From assembly GCA_964016885.1 (NCBI GenBank), contig CAXHJY010000178.1, positions 1 through 19,334 of the forward strand: 19,334 nt of DNA. The letters run 5' to 3'. Position numbers and translations under genes: made by a program. Source of the stretch: Eledone cirrhosa. Its lineage: Eukaryota. Shown here one piece after another: positions 13,029 through 19,334 of the stretch (positions within the stretch are counted from its first letter, which is position 1; every line of letters starts with the position of its first letter). The notes under the pieces were generated by a model, which had not been told where the DNA came from, made no database searches, and worked only from the letters and a program-made list of their open reading frames with translations.

Positions 13029-13404
13029 TATATATATATATATATATATATAGTAATAATATGTATATATATACACATGTGTATGTATATATGTATGTTT
13101 GTTTGTTTATATATACATATTAATATATATATTACAATGTATAGTATATAGTGTTGTATACGCTATAGAGATGTATATATAGGTTATTTGATATAGATGG
13201 TGATTACAATACTGATAATGTTGTTTTAATTAAATGATATTAATCAATTGAGATTAATTTTATTATTATTTTTTATTCATTTCAGGTTGATTAAGATTTC
13301 TCTTCAGGTTGACCTAAGCTGACCTAACCCTCTTTTACTGGGTCAGACCATTCTGACCCTGGTATTCAGAACAGGATAATAGTAGCGGTGTTACTTCGTA
13401 TAGA

Positions 13405-13745
13405 GACATACATACATACACACATACACATACACATACAAATATATACACACACATACACACACTCACATACACATACACACATACAAATATATACACA
13501 CACACATACACACACTCACATACACATACACACATACAAATATATACACATACACACATACAAATATATACACACACACATACACACACTCACATACACA
13601 CATAGACACACACATACACATACAAATATATACACACACACATACTCACATACACACATAGACACACATACACATACATACACACACACACATACACATA
13701 CATACATACACATACATACATAAAAAAGCCATACACACACACACC
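13405..13745. repeat. CA/TA-rich repeat with recurring CATACAAATATATACACA
   Basis: Directly visible. Confidence 0.85.
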
Positions 13746-13751
13746 CGCCAC

Positions 13752-14150
13752 TGACCACAATGGTCAGAGAAATTGCCAGATACACCCAGGAGTGACCACA
13801 GTGGTCAATAAACTAGTCAGACCCGCCCCAAACTGTCTGGTGTGCTCAGCAAACTCACTAGACACAGTCAGCAGTGACCACAGTGGTCAGAGTAACTGCC
13901 AGATACGCCCAGAAATGACCACAGGGGTAAATAAAATATTCACACACTCAGTAGTGACCACAGGGGTGAGATAATCAATCATACACAGATGGTAATAGCC
14001 AGAGTGGTCAGAAAAATAACTAGACACACTCAGAAATGACCACAATGGTCAAGAAGTAACCACATACAGCCACCAAGTACCACAATGGTCAGTGGAACAG
14101 CCAGCTACATCCAGAAGTGACCCTTACATTTTCAAAAGACCACAATGCCA
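13752..14150. repeat. Degenerate ~41-bp tandem array with palindromic core TGACCA-CA(A/G)-TGGTCA, directly upstream of the CDS
   Basis: Core starts at 13752, 13793, 13875, 13916, 13955, 13996, 14037, ~14077 and 14118 (spacing 39-41, or 82). Confidence 0.85.
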
Positions 14151-14328
14151 ATTTCTATCCATATGGCTGTCTCGTTCGGGGTTCTGATCCTGGCCGGACT
14201 TTGCTTCGTCACATCTCAAGTGACCGATGTCTGGATGGAGAGCGATGGTCTTCTGTCTTTGGGTATTTGGAACTTCTGTGTGTTCAGCAGCGAAACCCAT
14301 TCTTGGAGCTGTGAAATCAACTTTTCTG
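14145..14328 (+). CDS. Coding exon 1 of a PMP22/EMP/claudin-superfamily tetraspan protein
   Basis: ATG at 14145 (A at -3, in-frame TGA upstream at 14118; alternative Met at 14163). Encodes TM1 plus the W..GIW..C..C first-loop signature. Ends at donor G|GTAAGG, phase 1. Confidence 0.85.
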
Positions 14329-14350
14329 GTAAGGAACTCTCAAATCACAG

Positions 14351-14393
<43 letters not shown>

Positions 14394-14474
14394 AATTAAC
14401 CCCCCCCCTCCTTTTAATGTCTGTCCACCACTCCCTCTCACACCCTCGGAACTCTTTTCCTGCCCACTTTTCTC

Positions 14475-14502
14475 CTGATGAAGGGCTTATGCCCGAAACG
14501 TA
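14475..14502 (+). ncRNA. Minimal hammerhead-like motif (Penelope-type) with stem I missing
   Basis: CTGATGA-A-GGGC-TTAT-GCCC-GAAAC-GTA. Palindromic ACGT stem III. The downstream C-run cannot form stem I. Confidence 0.55.
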
Positions 14503-14622
14503 CCCCCCCCCCCCCTACTCTCAAGCGTGAACCTAGTACTAACACTTTGTACTGCACTCTTCGCTTTGTTTTTGTTTTCTGTTTTAACTATAATATATAT
14601 ATAATATATATACACAGTTCAA

Positions 14623-14671
<49 letters not shown>

Positions 14672-14676
14672 TTCAA

Positions 14677-14719
<43 letters not shown>

Positions 14720-14804
14720 CAATGATATTAATAAATGGAAGCTATATTTATAAAACCCTATTTATTCTATTATATATATTTCAAGGGTACCAAAACTTTG
14801 GTAC

Positions 14805-14839
14805 GCGTGTGTGCGTGTGTGTGTATGTATGTGTGTGTG

Positions 14840-14882
<43 letters not shown>

Positions 14883-14901
14883 GTATGTATGTATGTATGT
14901 A

Positions 14902-14932
<31 letters not shown>

Positions 14933-14992
14933 GTCTGTGTGTGTGTGTGTATGTATGTATGTGTGTATGTATATGAATGTGTGTGTATGTAT

Positions 14993-15036
<44 letters not shown>

Positions 15037-15058
15037 ATATGAATGTGTGTGTGTCTGT
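14805..15058. repeat. (TG)n/(TATG)n tract
   Basis: Directly visible. Confidence 0.95.
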
Positions 15059-15060
15059 AT

Positions 15061-15135
15061 TGAGTTAAAATCCGGCCGAGGTCAACTCTGCCTTTCCTCC
15101 TTACGGGATCGATAAATAAACTATCAGTACAGATC
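15061..15135 (+). mobile_element. Diverged SINE fragment (copy 2)
   Basis: GAGTTAAAATCCGGCCGAGGTCAACTCTGCCTTTCCTCCTTACGGGATCGATAAATAAA aligns by eye with the B box and core of copy 1. Confidence 0.8.
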
Positions 15136-15270
15136 GATCCTCCCCCCTCTCCCTCTCTCAGAAATCACCTGTCTTCAGACCTGGAAAGGGGAACTCTCCG
15201 CCATGTTTGAAATGTCCTACGTCTATTGATTGGTTTAAAACTGTTGGCCGTCTTTTGATTGGTTAATAAT

Positions 15271-15448
15271 TGTTTCTACTTTTGGCACAAGACCAGCAAT
15301 TACCCCAGTGTATTACTGGTACTTTATTTTATCGACCCCCGTAACGATGAAAGGAAAAGTAAACCTCGGCGGGATTTGAACTCGCACCATTAAGGGACGT
15401 AACTCTATGCTGCATAGCATGGCGTCCGACGCTCTACTGATTCTGCCA
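15271..15448 (-). mobile_element. tRNA-derived SINE (copy 3), antisense in intron 1
   Basis: Reverse complement of copy 1, slightly 5'-truncated. 13-bp TSD ATTGGTTAATAAT at 15258-15270 and 15449-15461. Confidence 0.92.
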
Positions 15449-15486
15449 ATTGGTTAATAATGTTAGCTGTCTTTTGGTTTTTCTAG

Positions 15487-15636
15487 GATTCAACATGGCG
15501 TCCCAGACGTTCTCCATTTTAGCTATACTCTGTTACTTCAACGCCTTCGTCCTCTACACACTGTGCATGAGTTGCCGTTCCTTACAGAAATGCCGGCCAA
15601 TCATTACAGGAATCTCATGTCTGGTCTTCTTTGTTG
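15487..15636 (+). CDS. Coding exon 2 of the tetraspan gene (TM2, Cys-rich loop, start of TM3)
   Basis: Acceptor TTTTTCTAG|G at 15486 and donor G|GTAAGT at 15637. 150 bp, phase 1 at both ends. Reads GFNMASQTFSILAILCYFNAFVLYTLCMSCRSLQKCRPIITGISCLVFFV. Confidence 0.88.
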
Positions 15637-15741
15637 GTAAGTACACAACTTTTACTCAATAAACTGAGAATATGGTTGGAGATTGGAGACTATATGGAGT
15701 GAAGTGAACCCCCTCCTCTTCATACACCAGCACAATGTTGG

Positions 15742-15890
15742 TGCCATGATAGAAAGCACCCAGTGCACTCTGTAGTTTAGTAGAGCTGTTGCCAAGATAG
15801 AATACACCCAGAGCAGTGGATAGTGTGGTAGTTTTGCAGTCGTGATAGAATGTATCTGGTGCACTCCGTAATGTGACTGTACTGGTGCCA
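15742..15890. repeat. Three degenerate ~48-bp tandem units
   Basis: GATAGAA..(C/T)A(C/T)C..G.GCA recurs at ~15748, 15796 and 15845. Confidence 0.6.
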
Positions 15891-15948
15891 CATATACACT
15901 ATAATGTATATATATCAGCCAGAGCTACGATTTTACTGAACTTCCATT

Positions 15949-16005
<57 letters not shown>

Positions 16006-16134
16006 AAATGTGGAGAAGGAGCACACGAGTTAGAAAATGTTTTAAACAATTTTCTAACTCAGAAGAAAAGAGAAGAAAATAAAAAGGAAAAAAAAAATGT
16101 TTTTTCTTCCTAATAATCGTCTTTTTCCCCCTAT

Positions 16135-16215
<81 letters not shown>

Positions 16216-16557
16216 GTGGCGGACTGCGTCTAAAAATATTGGTTGCCAGGAGATGAAGGGGGCCCACCTACATATAGAATGCTATCATTTAATTTTTATA
16301 ATGAATAAATAACATTTTCGAAAAAATACGTAAGTGGAAACAAAACAGTGCAATCAATTTTTGCGGAAAAATATCTTTCCTTCTCCAATAAAAATTATTA
16401 TGTATTTTGCGAAATCCAGAAACTTTCAATAATGACCAGAAGTCGTCCCTAAATATTACTAATAACTCTAGGAAAGCCATGAACGACACCGCATCTTTTT
16501 AATTTTGATTTTGAAAGTAGGTTTATAATTATCAATTTTCATTACACGTTCGTAGCT

Positions 16558-16629
16558 GTCTCGGTGGCCTAGTTGTAGGAACCATAGACGGTGGTGATCC
16601 TGGTCTGAAGTTCGATCCTGGTCTGGAGT
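16558..16629 (+). pseudogene. tRNA-like sequence (left arm), degenerate
   Basis: 72 nt. A-box-like TGGCCTAGTTG (16565-16575), B box GTTCGATCC (16610-16618), T-runs at 16647-16663. The cloverleaf pairs poorly. Confidence 0.55.
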
Positions 16630-16703
16630 AGGATTCCCAGTAAACCTTTTCAGTTTTTTTTTTCTATAGGTTGTAAAATAAAAACTGAAAAAGGTTACAT
16701 GTA

Positions 16704-16775
16704 CCTCTTGACCAGGATTGAACCCAAGACCAGGATCTCCACAGTCTCTAGTTCCTACCACTAGGCCACAGAGAC
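16704..16775 (-). pseudogene. tRNA-like sequence (right arm), degenerate; isotype uncertain (His- or Tyr-like loop CTGTGGA)
   Basis: 72 nt: GTCTCTGTGGCCTAGTGGTAGGAACTAGAGACTGTGGAGATCCTGGTCTTGGGTTCAATCCTGGTCAAGAGG. A box TGGCCTAGTGG, B box GGTTCAATCC, with T5 downstream on the minus strand. Confidence 0.6.
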
Positions 16776-17024
16776 ATCTACGAAAATCTTATGAAAATTC
16801 ATACTTTATAAACCTACTTTTCAAAATTTTCAAAACAAAGTGTTGTGGTGTCGTTCATGCCTTTCTTAATGTTATTGCTCCTATTTAAGGTCGACTTCTA
16901 CATCATTTGAGTGTTCCATCAACTATATCCTCGTTTTGCTTCACATCTATCTAGACTATATTTTACCTGTAATCCATGTTTCATTTCTGTTGCACCTCAT
17001 TTCCTTTTTTCCTTTTTATCATTC

Positions 17025-17058
17025 CTGATGATTTCTAAAGAATGAAACAGTTCTAGTC
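17025..17058 (+). ncRNA. Degenerate hammerhead-like motif
   Basis: CTGATGA-TTTC-TAAA-GAAT-GAAAC-AGTTCTA-GTC. The core is intact but all stems are imperfect. Confidence 0.35.
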
Positions 17059-17152
17059 CTATAGAATCTCATCTATATTAAAACTTTTATACTCTGCTAT
17101 GTATTGAGTACCTTACTTACTGTGGTTACCTCCGATTCAACCCGGGAATAAC

Positions 17153-17202
<50 letters not shown>

Positions 17203-17278
17203 GTGTGCTTGTTGTGTAATTGTCCTCTAGCTCTCCAAATCCGTTAATTAATTTATGTATTTATTCATTTATCTGCAG

Positions 17279-17496
17279 TGAGTCTTCAAATTATGACAAT
17301 GATTGTGTTTGGTGTGAAAGTCCACCATCACACAGATGACGTCACAGAACTACATCTTGGTAAAGACGAGAAACGACTTCCGCTGCGTCTATCCTGGTCC
17401 TTCACAGCCGCCATTGTCTCTACTATATTATCAACTATTAGCGGTGTTTGTGCCTCTTTAGAACTGAGGAATATTACCGTAGAAGACTTCCAGTGA
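17279..17496 (+). CDS. Coding exon 3 (last) of the tetraspan gene (end of TM3, loop 2, TM4, short tail)
   Basis: Acceptor TTCATTTATCTGCAG|TG, phase 1. Contains LSWSF before TM4, typical of the superfamily. Stop TGA at 17494-17496. Joined CDS is 552 nt = 183 aa. Confidence 0.88.
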
Positions 17497-17675
17497 ACAT
17501 TTACCTTGCCTTGCCTTGTATTATATTATATTGTAGCTGGCAGACGACTGTACAGGCATCTACATGGAAAACTGTCAGCACAACCATATATATACACACA
17601 CCGCCATTCACCTCTGCCGCCACCAACAACACCACAAACATCAACACCAATGCTACCAACTTTAACAACATTATT

Positions 17676-17889
17676 TTGGCAGTATCGGTAGAGCGTCGGA
17701 CACCATGCTTTGCGGCATAGAGTTACGGCCCTTTGCGTTCTGGGTCCAAATCCCGCCGAGGTATACTTTGCCTTTCATTCTTACGGTGGTCGATAAAATA
17801 AAGTACCAGTAATGCACTGGGGTCGATTTAATCGACTTTCCCCTTCTCCCAAAATTGTTGGCCTTGTGCCTAAATCAGAAACCATTATT
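17676..17889 (+). mobile_element. tRNA-derived SINE (copy 4, long variant)
   Basis: Homologous to copy 1, with an extra ~30 nt (GTCGATTTAATCGAC palindrome plus pyrimidine tract) at ~17822-17852. Confidence 0.92.
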
Positions 17890-17893
17890 GAAA

Positions 17894-18079
17894 ATTGTCA
17901 GTATCGGTAGAGCGTCAAGACACCATGCTTTGCAGCATAGAGTTATGGCATTTTACGTGCTGAGTTCAAATCCTGCCGAGATTAACTTTGCCTTTCATCC
18001 TTGCGAGGTCGATAAAATAAAGTACCAGTAATGCTCTGGAGTAATTGCTGGCCTTGTGCCAAAAGTAGAAATCATTATT
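17894..18079 (+). mobile_element. tRNA-derived SINE (copy 5, short variant), head-to-tail with copy 4
   Basis: Homologous to copy 1. B box GTTCAAATCC. ATTATT tail. Confidence 0.92.
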
Positions 18080-18164
18080 TCCACACACTCCACTACACTC
18101 AAATGTGAAAAAATTTATTTACATTTTTATAAAGGAAATATTTTTTCAATATTTTATAATTATA

Positions 18165-18170
18165 AATAAA
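18165..18170 (+). promoter_or_regulatory. Candidate polyadenylation signal
   Basis: First AATAAA outside SINEs after the stop codon, followed by a T-rich tract at ~18187-18217. Confidence 0.4.
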
Positions 18171-18375
18171 TGTAATTTCATAAAAGTTTTCTTTTTTTTC
18201 TTTCCCTTTTTTTTTTCATCATTTTGTTTTTCGTAAAATGAAATTTTGGGAATTTCGATTTTCGGGATTGTAAATTTTCTGTATTTGAAACTGTCAGTGT
18301 TCTGGTTTCTGTTGATTTCAAAATTGAGGCTTCTAAAGTATAACAGTGTAACAACCCACGTAATTTTGTCATAGT

Positions 18376-18476
18376 GGTTAGCTTTGCCTTTCGTCCTTAC
18401 GGAGTCGATAAATAAAGTACCAGTAATATACTGGGTAATTGTTGGCCTTGTGCCAAAAGTTGAAATGATTATTATT
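18376..18476 (+). mobile_element. 5'-truncated SINE (copy 6)
   Basis: Core and 3' tail homologous to copy 1, ending in (ATT)3. Confidence 0.88.
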
Positions 18477-18549
18477 AAGTTTGATAATTTATGCACTTAG
18501 GACTGTATACACACACATATATATATTTTGATTCAGAAGAGGCCTATAT

Positions 18550-18582
18550 GTGAGTGTGTGTCCGTCTATGGGGAGTGAACAG

Positions 18583-18622
<40 letters not shown>

Positions 18623-18712
18623 GTCTATGGAGAGTGTGCAGTTCCGTGTGCGTGTGTGTGGGGGGGAGTGTGCAGTTCCGTGCGTGTGTGTGTGTGGGGG
18701 GGGGGGGTGCAG

Positions 18713-18760
<48 letters not shown>

Positions 18761-18820
18761 GTCTATGGGGAGTGTGCAGTTCCGTGCGTGTGTGTATGTG
18801 TGTGTGTGTGTGTGTGTGTG
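18550..18820. repeat. Minisatellite with five CAGTTCCGTG anchors separated by (TG)n and G-runs
   Basis: TCCGTCTATGG(G/A)GAGTG..CAGTTCCG occurs three times, plus two shorter variants. Confidence 0.85.
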
Positions 18821-19090
18821 CTTCATTGTGTGCATTTTGAAAAAATATTTTTTTCTTTCTTGGCATTTATAAAGAATTTATTATGTAGAAAAAGTGGCAT
18901 TACCTATGGTTACAAGACCATTTGGGTGTATGACATTCGTTTGAGTGCCAGTGTGAATTAACGTCATGCTGCACGTGGTAAGCAATATCTCTTGTTTGAT
19001 GACTAAGCAGTTTTGTAAAATGTAAACAAAACTCTACGAACTTTTGTGCGTTCGACAAGATGAACTTCCTGAGGTATTTATTTATAAAAT

Positions 19091-19138
19091 GATTTATTCC
19101 GATGAGTCCCACGAGAATGAAACAATTGTAAATCAAAT
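19091..19138 (+). ncRNA. Decayed type I hammerhead ribozyme
   Basis: CCGATGA (one change from CTGATGA), stem II GTCC/GAAT (imperfect), GAAA, palindromic stem III ACAATTGT, GUA site at 19128-19130, stem I ATTTATT with AAT(C)AAAT. Confidence 0.5.
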
Positions 19139-19165
19139 TATAATGTAAATAAGTAACATATTTTA

Positions 19166-19227
<62 letters not shown>

Positions 19228-19231
<4 letters not shown>

Positions 19232-19334
19232 TAGGGTGTGGTAAAATACCGGGTGGACCATAATCCACCAGAGTACTCGATACTTGGGGTAGTAGAGTGG
19301 GTAATATGAAACGATTCAGGACCCGGCTGAGCTC
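19228..19334. mobile_element. Fold-back family, locus C: diverged left arm running off the window
   Basis: GGGTGTGGTAA..GGTGGACCATAATCCACCAGAGTACTCGATACTTGGGGTAGTAGAGTGGGTAAT matches 12746-12818. Preceded by (TA)n. Confidence 0.88.

Larger units (their letters stand above)
16438..16899. mobile_element. ~460-bp imperfect inverted duplication (fold-back element) containing two tRNA-like cassettes
   Basis: Arms match block by block in reverse complement: AGAAGTCG/CGACTTCT, CATGAACGACACC/GGTGTCGTTCATG, AAAGTAGGTTTATAA/TTATAAACCTACTTT, AACCTTTTCAGTTTTT/AAAAACTGAAAAAGGTT. Centre ~16660-16680. Confidence 0.85.

Noticed and set aside
13752-14150. CRISPR-like appearance (palindromic repeats at regular spacing)
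   Set aside because: The intervening sequences are related to each other, the repeats are degenerate, the context is eukaryotic and there are no cas genes. It is a minisatellite.
15160-15230. Possible extra exon after CTCTCTCAG or TCTTCAG in intron 1
   Set aside because: There is no convincing donor, and exons 1 and 2 already join in frame with normal superfamily spacing.
16214-16270. CAGTGGCGGAC resembling a hAT-type terminal inverted repeat
   Set aside because: No matching right end lies downstream. The only complement (CCGCCACTG near 13745) is upstream and faces outward.
16558-16775. Functional tRNA genes
   Set aside because: Anticodon and T stems do not pair properly, so they are kept only as tRNA-like relics.

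Overview
Eukaryotic, AT-rich and extremely microsatellite-dense genomic DNA. The repeat landscape and SINE family suggest a coleoid cephalopod such as octopus (inference). Almost all ORFs in the supplied track are artefacts of (TA)n/(CA)n/(TG)n repeats. One real protein-coding gene can be assembled on the + strand from three phase-1-joined exons (14145-14328, 15487-15636, 17279-17496). It encodes a 183-aa four-transmembrane PMP22/EMP/claudin-superfamily protein and is preceded by a 41-bp-period array with a palindromic core. Mobile DNA includes six copies of one tRNA-derived SINE (two with clear TSDs), a non-autonomous Helitron with a RepHel relic, two RTE-like LINE 3' ends and a (TA)n-embedded fold-back family. 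The most unusual signals are: (i) a fully paired type I hammerhead ribozyme inside a 211-bp element with perfect 39-bp inverted termini, plus three degenerate hammerhead motifs, all followed by a short tail and (TA)n (Penelope-like architecture); (ii) a ~460-bp inverted duplication holding two convergent tRNA-like Pol III units; (iii) one fold-back element present in both L-R and permuted R-L order.
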